Shown here piece after piece: positions 1 through 8,541 of a stretch of 64,000 bases of DNA. This DNA comes from Candidatus Aminicenantes bacterium (GTDB taxonomy: Bacteria; Acidobacteriota; Aminicenantia; Aminicenantales; UBA8522). Position 1 is the first letter of the stretch, and every line of letters begins with the position of its first letter. Position numbers and translations under genes: made by a program. The stretch spans positions 57,346 to 121,345 of the forward strand of contig JAFNEO010000040.1 of assembly GCA_017886205.1 (NCBI GenBank), read 5' to 3'. Below the pieces are notes generated by a model. It made no database searches, was not told the DNA's origin, and saw nothing but the letters and a program-made list of their open reading frames with translations.

Positions 1-677
1 TCGAAGACCTGGCAGCGGTCGCCCATCCGGACCCGGTCCGTCCAGAAGGCCTCGACCGAAAGGCGGACCCAGAGGTCCGCTGACCCCAGTATGATTTTTG
101 AGGTATCGTCCGTGGTCAACGATTCGCCGAGCCGGACATCGAATTTATAGATGAGGCCGTCGATCGGGGATCGCAGCTCGAGCTGTCCCAGCTGGGCTTT
201 GACCAGGTCGACTTCCTTTTCGGCCAGGGCCAGGTTGCTCATGTCCAGCTCGACCTGAAGCTTGGCCTGGGTAAAGGCGTACTCCGTGTCGGCGTTCTTG
301 GCGTAGAGGCTCTCCTTCCTTTTCAGGATGTCGCGGCTGATGGCCAGCGCCCCGCGGATAGACTCCACTTTGGCCTGGGCGACCTGGAGTTGGGCCGCCT
401 CAACATCATTTTGGAGCAAGAGTAATGTCTGGCCTCTTTTGACGGCATCGCCCTCCCGGACATTGACCCTGACGACCTTCCTGGTCACTGACGGAGAGAC
501 GAAAACTTCCCGGCCCGCCGGCTCGATCTTGCCATAAACCCTGGCCGGCGCCCTGCCGAGATCGGGAGGCTGGGCGACTGCAGCCGGCGGAGAAGACCGG
601 GTCAAGGTCCGAACGATGAAGACAATTCCGGCGATGACGATGGCCGAATAAAAGACGATCCTGATGATTTTTTTCAT
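1..677 (-). CDS. HlyD-family membrane fusion (periplasmic adaptor) protein of a tripartite efflux system. The N-terminus is at 677 and the gene runs past the window start.
   Basis: The reverse-complement translation starts MKKIIRIVFYSAIVIAGIVFIV (an N-terminal TM anchor). It continues with coiled-coil segments and beta-rich segments typical of HlyD/MFP proteins. Its ATG overlaps the stop of the upstream ABC ATPase (ATGA overlap at 674-677). Confidence 0.7.
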   Translation of the reverse strand, partial: MKKIIRIVFYSAIVIAGIVFIVRTLTRSSPPAAVAQPPDLGRAPARVYGKIEPAGREVFVSPSVTRKVVRVNVREGDAVKRGQTLLLLQNDVEAAQLQVAQAKVESIRGALAISRDILKRKESLYAKNADTEYAFTQAKLQVELDMSNLALAEKEVDLVKAQLGQLELRSPIDGLIYKFDVRLGESLTTDDTSKIILGSADLWVRLSVEAFWTDRVRMGDRCQVF

Positions 678-1429
678 GAGGTTGGCACTCCTTGTCTGCC
701 CTGCCTCGAATCGTAGATGACCGCGCCGTCCTCGATCTTCACCAGCCGGTCGGCAAAGGGGAAGACGCGGGGATCGTGAGTGACCAGCACAACCGCGCGC
801 GTGGGTTCCAGGGAGAGTCTTTTCAGAGTGTCGAGGACGATGGCGCTGCTCTCCGCGTCCAGGGCGGAGGTGGGCTCGTCGCACAGAAGAAGCGGCGGGT
901 CGTTGATCAGGGCCCGGACGATAGACACGCGTTGCTGCTGTCCTAAGGAAAGCTGCTGGGGCATGGCGTCGACATAGTCTCTGAGCCCCAGCATCTCGAG
1001 CAGCTCTCTGGCTCTGGCCTTGACCGCTCTCGGGACAGAACGTCCCTGGATGGCGGACGGGAGCAGGATATTATCGATGACGGTCAGGGCAGGGACGAGA
1101 ACGGACTGCTGGAACACGAACCCGATCTTCTGCATGCGCAGCGTGGCCAGGCGGTTGGAGGAAAAGCGCGTGACCTCCCGGCCCTGGATGAAGATCCGGC
1201 CCTCGGAGGGCTGAAGCAGAAAACCCATGATGGTGAGGAGCGTGGTCTTGCCGCTCCCCGACGGACCGGCGATGATCGTTAGCTCGCCGGCGAATATCTC
1301 CAGGTCGAGCTTCTTGAGAACGCGCCGCAAAACCTTCCCATCGAAAAAATCCCGGGCGATCCCCTCCAATTGGATCGGAGGGGCGCTCTCCGCTGCCTTT
1401 ATCCTCTGTTCAACGATTTCAGAGATCAA
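674..1429 (-). CDS. ABC transporter ATP-binding protein (MacB/LolD-like). The likely TTG start is at 1429 and the ORF extends in-frame to 1510.
   Basis: Walker A GPSGSGKTTLL, ABC signature LSLGQQQRVSIVRAL and Walker B LLLCDEPTSALD are present. The gene is tightly packed between the permease stop at 1441 and the MFP start. Confidence 0.85.
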   Translation of the reverse strand: MISEIVEQRIKAAESAPPIQLEGIARDFFDGKVLRRVLKKLDLEIFAGELTIIAGPSGSGKTTLLTIMGFLLQPSEGRIFIQGREVTRFSSNRLATLRMQKIGFVFQQSVLVPALTVIDNILLPSAIQGRSVPRAVKARARELLEMLGLRDYVDAMPQQLSLGQQQRVSIVRALINDPPLLLCDEPTSALDAESSAIVLDTLKRLSLEPTRAVVLVTHDPRVFPFADRLVKIEDGAVIYDSRQGRQGVPTS

Positions 1430-1440
1430 AGGGGAATTCC

Positions 1441-2562
1441 TTAGCGGAAGACCGACGCCGGTTCGACCTTCACGGCTTTGCGCATGGCCTGGGTGGAGCC
1501 CAGCAGGCAAAGGACAAGAGTTATCGCGGCGTGGAGCGGAGGAAACCAGAGAGGCATATTCGTCGGAAGCTGGCCGTTGCGCGTCCCGGCGATGAACCCG
1601 GCCAGGAACAGGAAGCCAACGAAAACGCCGATGAGTCCGACGATCAAGGCCTGCCAGAAGACGACGACGAGGATGTCCCTTTTGCGGGCGCCTATCGCCT
1701 GAAGCACTGCGTAATCCCGCCGGTGGTTGAGGACGCTCGTGTACATGGTCAGTGTGATGATGACGACGCCGACCAGGGCGCCGATGATCACGGAAAACCC
1801 GAAACTGCTCCCGATCCCCGTGTTCAGAATATAGAACAGGCGTGTCGAGGCCGCGAGCTGTGGTGATGTCAGGACGGCAGTTCTTGGCAGGAGCGTCCGG
1901 ATAGCCGAGGCGACGGCCGACACCTCGGCTTCAGGCCTGACTTTGAGGATGATATGGCTGCAGCGGCCGGGCGGAAGTCCCGAGACTTCCCGCGCTTTCT
2001 CGATGTTGGTGAAGATGATGGTCCCCCCGAAACCCCGGATGTTCCGCGTGATCGCGCTGATCCGAATGCGCCGGCCGCTGACCTCATAGAACTCAAGGAG
2101 CCCCGGATACCCAAGGACCTTGAGGTCGAGGCTGTCGACCGTAGCACCCTCGGAGTCGAGCAGGACTTGAAGTGATCCCTCGTCGAACCTCCAGGGGCCG
2201 TTTTCTAGGCGGGGACGGGGCAGCCCGACCATCTGGACGGGCTGGTATTTTCCCTCCCGGCTGCGAAACGATCCTCCGCCCAGGATCAGTGGCTCTACCC
2301 ATTCAACCTCGCGAAGGCCGGCGATCCGGTCCACATAGCGCACCGGGAGCGAACCCGAGGAGTTGACCTCGTCGACATCCTTGGTCAGGACCCATATATC
2401 AGCCCCGCTGTGGTCCACGAGCACTGACATATAAGTAAACAGGCCGAACATGATGGCCAGCTGCTGACCGACGAGAAACACGATAGCGACGACTCCCAGG
2501 ACGGAGCCGGCTGTTGTCGAGCGGTCGTGCGTGAGGATCCTGAATCCGGTCTTTCTACGCAT
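1441..2562 (-). CDS. ABC transporter permease, FtsX/MacB-like, with a large periplasmic domain
   Basis: A 373 aa protein with an N-terminal TM segment, a long periplasmic region, and a C-terminal cluster of three or four TM helices. It sits immediately upstream of the ABC ATPase. Confidence 0.75.
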   Translation of the reverse strand: MRRKTGFRILTHDRSTTAGSVLGVVAIVFLVGQQLAIMFGLFTYMSVLVDHSGADIWVLTKDVDEVNSSGSLPVRYVDRIAGLREVEWVEPLILGGGSFRSREGKYQPVQMVGLPRPRLENGPWRFDEGSLQVLLDSEGATVDSLDLKVLGYPGLLEFYEVSGRRIRISAITRNIRGFGGTIIFTNIEKAREVSGLPPGRCSHIILKVRPEAEVSAVASAIRTLLPRTAVLTSPQLAASTRLFYILNTGIGSSFGFSVIIGALVGVVIITLTMYTSVLNHRRDYAVLQAIGARKRDILVVVFWQALIVGLIGVFVGFLFLAGFIAGTRNGQLPTNMPLWFPPLHAAITLVLCLLGSTQAMRKAVKVEPASVFR

Positions 2563-3619
2563 AGGCTTTCACGCGGTTCAGAGCGATGCGCCGGCCATCC
2601 TCGATCCCGGCGGCGATCCCGGCCCCCAAGGGGGCCAGGATTGTTCTTGCCTTTAGCGCCGCCGCTCCACCCAGGATGATCGGGATATCAGGAGTCCTTT
2701 CCCTGAGGCCTAAAATCAGTGAGCGCGCGGCGGGCAGGTGAGAGATCTGGCTCACAGAAAGGAAAACGACGTCCGGCCGGACGCTCATAACGGTCTCGAG
2801 AAGGTCCAGGTGAGGAGCTCCCCGGCCGATGAAGGCGACCGACCAGCCCTCGCTGGCCAGCAGATTGGACATCAGATCGATCCCGATGTCGTGTTCGTCG
2901 CCCGGCACGCACGCCAGGACTGCAGAAAAGGAAACAGCCTTCTTTCGGGGCAGGCTGTCGAAAATTCGATAAATGACGTAGCGGGTGATCTCGGTCGCGA
3001 GGTGCTCGGCGGCGGCGCTGATCTTGTTCCTCTCCCAGAAGACCCCGACCTGGCGCAGGGCCGGCATGAGGAGGCTGTCCGCGACTCTTGCCGGCGGAAA
3101 CCCGAGCTCGAGAAAGGTGAGGCCGAATTCAGCCGCCTCTCTTCGTTTATTCCTGAGGGCCAAATCGAAATACCTTTGCACATCTTCGGACGGCTTCTCA
3201 TCTTCATCGAGAGAAGGTCCAGGCAATCGCAGAACCAAATCCCGCGCCCGGATGAGCGGCCGGGAGAGTTCATCCGCCTCGGGAGGCTTGACCATTCCAT
3301 GGGTTGCGATCGTCCAGGCCTCCAAAATCCTCTCTCCCCATGCCTTTCCCAGGCCCCGGCTTTCCAGGACAGAGATGAGCCAGGACATCTCCTCCACCAG
3401 ATACTCAAACAGGCCAAATGAATAAACGGCCTTAAGGGTTTCGCCGAATCGCCTGTGGCAGTCCTCGAGCAGATCCTGCTGCCGGCGATCGAGTTTGCCG
3501 GTCTCCTTGCCTAGCTCCAAGCCGAGCCTCTCTTGGACCAGGGCCAGAATCCGCGGATAGAGCTTATCGAAAGCAGCCAGGGCCTGAGGGGTCAGCGGCT
3601 CGAAATCCATGACCTCCAT
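2555..3619 (-). CDS. Cobalamin (B12)-binding domain protein with an N-terminal helical domain. It has no recognisable HTH.
   Basis: The C-terminal domain carries the canonical B12-binding motif DEHDIGIDLMSNLLASEGWSV...GG (DxHxxG...SxL...GG). It overlaps the permease gene by 8 bp, which suggests co-transcription. Confidence 0.6.
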   Translation of the reverse strand: MEVMDFEPLTPQALAAFDKLYPRILALVQERLGLELGKETGKLDRRQQDLLEDCHRRFGETLKAVYSFGLFEYLVEEMSWLISVLESRGLGKAWGERILEAWTIATHGMVKPPEADELSRPLIRARDLVLRLPGPSLDEDEKPSEDVQRYFDLALRNKRREAAEFGLTFLELGFPPARVADSLLMPALRQVGVFWERNKISAAAEHLATEITRYVIYRIFDSLPRKKAVSFSAVLACVPGDEHDIGIDLMSNLLASEGWSVAFIGRGAPHLDLLETVMSVRPDVVFLSVSQISHLPAARSLILGLRERTPDIPIILGGAAALKARTILAPLGAGIAAGIEDGRRIALNRVKAYA

Positions 3620-3710
3620 TTTAGCAAAGCAGGGACCTTCTTTGAATAGACCAGGGAGACTTTATTTCGGCCGGAAAATGTGGCTAAATAAGGCTCAAAA
3701 AGGAGAAACC

Positions 3711-5804
3711 ATGATGATGAATGTTCGAATAAGATGGGTATTCACAGCGACATCACTTCTTTTCCTCCTATCAAGCGCCCGCTCCATCCTCGGCGATACG
3801 CCGAAGTTCCCAACAGTCCTTTACGGCGCGTCCTATTATCACGAGTATATGCCGTACGAAAGGCTGGAAAAGGACGTCGAGCTTATGGAAAAGGCGGGCA
3901 TCTCATTCGCCAGAGTGGGGGAATCCACTTGGGGTTTACTCGAGCCTCGGGACGGCGAGTTCGACTTCGCCTGGCTGGAACGGGTGATCGACCGCTTGCA
4001 CAAGGCGGGAATCAAGGTCATCCTCGGAACGCCGACCTATTCCATCCCAGCCTGGCTCTTCAAGAAGCACCCTGAGATCCAGGTCAAGCAGATCAACCAG
4101 CCCCGCTACACCTACGGGCTGCGCCAGATGACCGACCTGACTCATCCGACCTACAGGTTTTATGCCGAGCGGATCATCCGCAACGTGGTGGGGCATTTCA
4201 AGGACCATCCGGCCATCATCGGCTACCAGCTCGACAACGAGACCCACGCCTCGGGCACGGCGGACGCCCATGTTCAGTCGCTTTTTCGCGAGCACGTCAA
4301 GAAAAAGTTCAAGACCGCGGCGGAACTCAACAAGGCCTGGGGGCTGAATTACTGGGGACAAAATATCGCCGATTTCGACGAGTTGCCGCCGCGTGACGGC
4401 ATCCTCAACCCAGGCTACAAGCTCGAATGGGAAAGGTTCCAGCAGAATATTATCGCCGATTTCCTGGCCTGGCAGGCGGCGATCGTCAGGGAAATCAAGC
4501 GGCCCGACCAGTTTATCAGCCATGACTTTGTCGGGGGATTCCCGTCCGACGTCGATCAATACGAAACCGCTAAAGCTCTCGACATCCCGGCGGTGAATAT
4601 CTATATGGGACTCCAGGACCAGATGGACGGAGAGTTCATCGCCTATTGTGGAGATATCAACCGGTCGCTAAAGCAAGGGAACTACCTGGTGACCGAAACA
4701 ACGGCCCAGACAATAGGCTGGGACTCCAAGTCTCAGATCCCGCCTTATCCTGGGCAGCTCCGGCTCGCGGTCTATAGCAATATCGCATCGGGCGCCAACC
4801 TCGTGGCCTACTGGCACTGGCATTCGCTCCATTACGGCCAGGAAACCTACTGGAAAGGCGTCCTGGCGCATGACCTGGAGCCGGGAAGGGTTTATGATGA
4901 GGTGACAGAGATCGCCCGGGAGCTGAGGAAGTTCGGGCCGGAGCTGGCGAACCTCGAGAAGAAAAACAGGGTGGCAATTCTCTACAGCTTGGACTCCTGG
5001 CACGGACTAAATTTCATGCCTTTTGACGAGACGGTCAGCTACATGACCGTCCTGAACCAGCTCTATCGGGTCCTCTACAACCTCCATGTCGAGGTCGATT
5101 TTGTGTTCCCGCAGAGCCTGAACTTATCCGACTACCAACTCATCGTCGTGCCGCCGCTCTATATCGCGAGCGATGAGCTGCTCGATCGGCTGGCCGGCTA
5201 TGTCCGGGATGGTGGCCATCTCCTGGTGAGTTTTAAAAGCGGTTTTTGCAACGAGAATTCGACGGTAAGATGGACGATGGCGCCCGGGCCCCTGCGGGAG
5301 GCCGCGGGGTTCTATTATCAGGAATTCACTAACCTCAGATCGCCTCTTAAGCTCAAAGGCGATCCCTATGGAGTGGGGGAGGAGAACAAGGTCTCGGTCT
5401 GGGAGGAATACCTGATTCCGGAAAAAGCGAAAGCCCTGGCCTATTACGACCATCCTATCTTTGGACAATATCCCGCCATCATGCGGAATTCCTATGGGAA
5501 GGGAACGGTGACCTATGAGGGGACTTATCTTTCGGACAAGCTCCAGCAGAAAGTCGTCCTCGAGGCTCTGAACATCGCCGGAGTGGCGATAACAGATTCA
5601 ACGCTCCCCGCCGCCGTCAAAGCAAAGCATGGGGCCGTTCAGGACGGGAAGGCGGTCCACTTCTATTTCAATTTCTCTGCCAAGCCGCAGGAGTTCGTCT
5701 ATGTTTATGCGGATGGAACAGAGATGCTCTCCGGCAAGCCTACGGCAAAGTCCCAGAAGATGAATCTTTCGGCTTGGGACTTGGTGATTATCAGGGAAAA
5801 ATAG
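3711..5804 (+). CDS. Glycoside hydrolase family 42 beta-galactosidase with an N-terminal signal peptide
   Basis: GH42 hallmarks are present (FARVGESTWGLLEPRDGEFDF..., the IIGYQLDNE catalytic region, and a trimerisation and C-terminal beta domain). The RBS aaaaggag lies 8 nt upstream of the ATG at 3711, and the N-terminus MMMNVRIRWVFTATSLLFLLSSARS looks like a signal peptide. Confidence 0.8.
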   Translation: MMMNVRIRWVFTATSLLFLLSSARSILGDTPKFPTVLYGASYYHEYMPYERLEKDVELMEKAGISFARVGESTWGLLEPRDGEFDFAWLERVIDRLHKAGIKVILGTPTYSIPAWLFKKHPEIQVKQINQPRYTYGLRQMTDLTHPTYRFYAERIIRNVVGHFKDHPAIIGYQLDNETHASGTADAHVQSLFREHVKKKFKTAAELNKAWGLNYWGQNIADFDELPPRDGILNPGYKLEWERFQQNIIADFLAWQAAIVREIKRPDQFISHDFVGGFPSDVDQYETAKALDIPAVNIYMGLQDQMDGEFIAYCGDINRSLKQGNYLVTETTAQTIGWDSKSQIPPYPGQLRLAVYSNIASGANLVAYWHWHSLHYGQETYWKGVLAHDLEPGRVYDEVTEIARELRKFGPELANLEKKNRVAILYSLDSWHGLNFMPFDETVSYMTVLNQLYRVLYNLHVEVDFVFPQSLNLSDYQLIVVPPLYIASDELLDRLAGYVRDGGHLLVSFKSGFCNENSTVRWTMAPGPLREAAGFYYQEFTNLRSPLKLKGDPYGVGEENKVSVWEEYLIPEKAKALAYYDHPIFGQYPAIMRNSYGKGTVTYEGTYLSDKLQQKVVLEALNIAGVAITDSTLPAAVKAKHGAVQDGKAVHFYFNFSAKPQEFVYVYADGTEMLSGKPTAKSQKMNLSAWDLVIIREK

Positions 5805-5807
5805 GTT

Positions 5808-5953
5808 CTATTTTTCTTCGTCGACGATTCTATCACCCGGGATATCTTCTTCAATCGACTCGTCTTCAGGGTAGAGAAGCCTCGTCCCGCACTTGGTACA
5901 GAGCTCGCTCTTTTCATCGATAATCGCTTGGCAATAAGGACATTTTTTCAGCG
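5808..5953 (-). CDS. Small zinc-ribbon protein of 48 aa (MALKKCPYCQAIIDEKSELCTKCGTRL...)
   Basis: It has two CxxC pairs spaced like the N-terminal zinc ribbon of the kinases in this window. It is an intact ORF in the gap between GH42 and the sthA-like gene, but is not in the ORF track because it is shorter than 60 aa. Confidence 0.35.
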
Positions 5954-6018
5954 CCATACTTATATATTACTCTTCCTGGGCTCGATTTCCTAGGCCCCCA
6001 GATTAGAGATGGGGGCGG

Positions 6019-7428
6019 CTATTTGTTTTCCGCAGGGGTCCTTTGTTCGAATTTTTTCAGGGCATCGGCGGCGGCCTTGCCGAAGCCCTCCGAAACCGTA
6101 GGATGGTTGTAGACCATGTCCCTGATGTCCTCGACCCGGGCGCCGAGCTTGACCGCCAGCGCGGCGAAGTGGATGATCTCAGAGGCATCCTGGCCGGCGA
6201 CGTGGGCGCCGACGAGGCGGCGCGTCCCGCCGTCGAAGATGAGCTTGAAGAATCCGGTGACGTTCGCGTCGAGGCAGGAGCGGACGAGGTCGTTGTAGCC
6301 GCACTGGCCGATGACGATCTCGCCTCCCCCGGTTCGGGCCCACTCCTCGGTCAGGCCGACCGAACCGACCTCGGGGTCGGTATAGATACCCCAGGGAGCG
6401 CAGGTGTAATCCATTTTGACGTCTTGTCCCATGGCGTTCTCAGCCGCAATCCGGGCTTCGACGACGGCCATGGACGAGAGCATGAACCTCGCCAGGACAT
6501 CGCCAGCGGCATAGATGCCTGGCACGGAGGTCTGCATGCACTCGCTAACCTGAATCTCTCCCCGGGGTCCGGCCGGGATGCCGGCCGCCGCGAGGTTGAG
6601 CGCTTCCGTGTTCGGCCGGCGCCCCACGCTGACCATGATCCGGTCGGACTCAAACTCCTCGCCGCCGGTGAGAAGCGCTCGGACGCTCCCTTCGTCGGTG
6701 GTCTCGACTCGCTCGAGGCCGGTCCGGACGAGGAGCCGGATGCCCCGCTTTTTAAACTCCCGGGTGATCAGGGCGGCGACATCGTGGTCCTGGCCGAGCA
6801 GGGCCCGCTCCGCTTTCTCGACTACGACGACCTCGGAGCCAAGGGACCGGAAGATGAAGGCCATCTCGCAACCGATGACCCCGGCCCCGACGATGAGCAA
6901 GCGGCCGGGGACGGCATCCAAAGCCGTCAGGTCGTCCGGAGAGAGGATACTTCGGCGGTCAAAGGGAATTCCGGGGAGGGCGATGGGCCGCGAGCCCGTG
7001 GCGATAATCGTCCTGGGAGCAGCAAGCTCGCGGACCGTGCCGTCGGGGAGACGGACCTCGAGCGTCCGCGGCCCCTTGAACGAGGCCGTCCCCGTCAGGG
7101 TCTCGATGGAGTTCTTGCGGATCAGGGTGGCCAGGACGCCGAGCTCGCAAAGCGTTGTCTTGTGCCGACTGTCGAGGATTTTTCCGAAGTCGGCCCTGGC
7201 GCCTTCGACGACGGGGACGCCATAGCGCTTGCCCTTCTTCAGGTCCTCCAGGAAATGGGCCGCGTTGCTCAGGATCTTGCTGGGCAGGGTCCCCGTCTGG
7301 ACGCAGCCGCCGCCGAGCTCGGGCTCGCGGTTAAGCATGCAGACTTTGGCCCCGAGCTGGGTGCCCCGAAGGGAGGCGGAGATGCCCGCCTCGCCGCCGC
7401 CGATGACGATGAGGTCGTGTTCGTTCAT
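6019..7428 (-). CDS. sthA: Class I pyridine nucleotide-disulfide oxidoreductase-family flavoprotein, SthA/UdhA-like (soluble NAD(P) transhydrogenase-like). It has a single Cys in the redox motif.
   Basis: The FAD-binding GxGxxG is IVIGGGEAG. The redox motif reads GGGCVQTGTLPSK, with Thr replacing the second Cys as in the SthA motif GGGCTHWGTIPSK rather than the Lpd motif CLNVGC. The NAD site is VIGCEMAFIF, and a C-terminal HPTVSEG interface domain is present. Confidence 0.6.
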   Translation of the reverse strand: MNEHDLIVIGGGEAGISASLRGTQLGAKVCMLNREPELGGGCVQTGTLPSKILSNAAHFLEDLKKGKRYGVPVVEGARADFGKILDSRHKTTLCELGVLATLIRKNSIETLTGTASFKGPRTLEVRLPDGTVRELAAPRTIIATGSRPIALPGIPFDRRSILSPDDLTALDAVPGRLLIVGAGVIGCEMAFIFRSLGSEVVVVEKAERALLGQDHDVAALITREFKKRGIRLLVRTGLERVETTDEGSVRALLTGGEEFESDRIMVSVGRRPNTEALNLAAAGIPAGPRGEIQVSECMQTSVPGIYAAGDVLARFMLSSMAVVEARIAAENAMGQDVKMDYTCAPWGIYTDPEVGSVGLTEEWARTGGGEIVIGQCGYNDLVRSCLDANVTGFFKLIFDGGTRRLVGAHVAGQDASEIIHFAALAVKLGARVEDIRDMVYNHPTVSEGFGKAAADALKKFEQRTPAENK

Positions 7429-7607
7429 GTCTTTCCCTTTCTCAAGTTATCATGAGGGCAGCGCAAAGGCAAACACGGGACTTCGAGAGCGCCCGATATT
7501 CAATTTGGTGACAGGCACAAAATTCAAGAGAATTTCGAGCCTGTCACCGAATTTAATTAACGCCGTTCTTAATGTGCTATCCAAGAAAAGCTTACTATGA
7601 GGTTGGT

Positions 7608-7636
7608 TTGACTATAACCCGACTAATTGCTATTAT
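7608..7636 (+). promoter_or_regulatory. Candidate sigma-70-type promoter TTGACT-17-TATTAT
   Basis: It has a perfect -35/-10 pair with a 17 nt spacer, about 150 nt upstream of the 7789 CDS. Confidence 0.3.
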
Positions 7637-7788
7637 TTCCGCCGGCAAATTCAAACTTTTGGATTGGGGATATAGTGGGCCCTACAAAGAGGGATAGCGC
7701 TTCTCAAAGAAAAGAGAAGAAATCTCCCCCAGAAGGCTGGCTGCATCGGCACAAGACACTCGGTAAATCCGGCAAAGGGGGGTTTTTC

Positions 7789-8367
7789 ATGTCTCTGAAG
7801 TGGGTTGTACCATTTCTTTGCATCTTCTTGGCGTTTGACTGCGAAAAAAGGGGTTCGCTTGACCTGGACTATAACACCTTTGACCAGAGTCCCGGCACCG
7901 GGTGGCGGCAGCTGGCCGCCGATGGCCGCTTCCTCGATGCCGCCAACTTGATTGACAAGTACATTGAGAAGCACAGGGACCTGGACGAGTCGCAAATGAC
8001 GATTCTCCACTTTCATGCCGGGCAGATGTATGCCTTTGCCGACGACTACGAGACGGCCATCGAGCGTTTCGGCATGTCAACCTACCCCGAAGAGCCCCCC
8101 GATCTTCCTCTTCGCTGGAATGCTTACGTGCAGGCTACGATCGCATTTCTCAGCAAGGACCTGAAACGGCTCAAGGAGTGCCGCGAGGAGATAGTCGAGG
8201 GACCGACCGTCCAGGGGGAAAAGGCGAACCTGGACGTCGTGGATAGATTGATTGAACACTTCGACGAACCGTACTCCAAAGCCTATGGAGCCCGCCGAGG
8301 TCAAAACCCTCAGCCAAAGCCGCAAGCAAGCCAGCCTACCGGATCCGTAAGGTCGTCTGCACGCTGA
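7789..8367 (+). CDS. Hypothetical secreted protein
   Basis: The internal ATG at 7789 follows a G-rich RBS. The N-terminus MSLKWVVPFLCIFLAFDC is signal-like. No recognisable domain was found. Confidence 0.45.
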   Translation: MSLKWVVPFLCIFLAFDCEKRGSLDLDYNTFDQSPGTGWRQLAADGRFLDAANLIDKYIEKHRDLDESQMTILHFHAGQMYAFADDYETAIERFGMSTYPEEPPDLPLRWNAYVQATIAFLSKDLKRLKECREEIVEGPTVQGEKANLDVVDRLIEHFDEPYSKAYGARRGQNPQPKPQASQPTGSVRSSAR

Positions 8368-8541
8368 TAAGGACCGTCGAGCCGAGAGGCGAATACAAAT
8401 TCGGACCGGACGCCCGTCTTACCGTGGAAGGGCGCACGGCGGTTTGGATGTTCGGCAAGGACTGACGGCGTTCTGTAGCAATCCGGTTGACTCTTGTTCG
8501 TTTGCTTGATATTCTTTTCCCAAGGAGATAAGGGGAAGGCT

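Noticed and set aside
6043-7455. A 470 aa plus-strand ORF opposite the sthA-like gene
   Set aside because: It is the antisense frame of a well-supported flavoprotein gene in a GC-rich region. Its Arg/Gly/Asp-rich translation is a low-complexity artefact of high GC content.
7627-7788. The N-terminal extension of the 7627 ORF (MLLFPPANSNFWIG...)
   Set aside because: No RBS precedes 7627. The internal ATG at 7789 follows a G-rich RBS and opens directly onto a signal peptide. The upstream part overlaps a consensus promoter.
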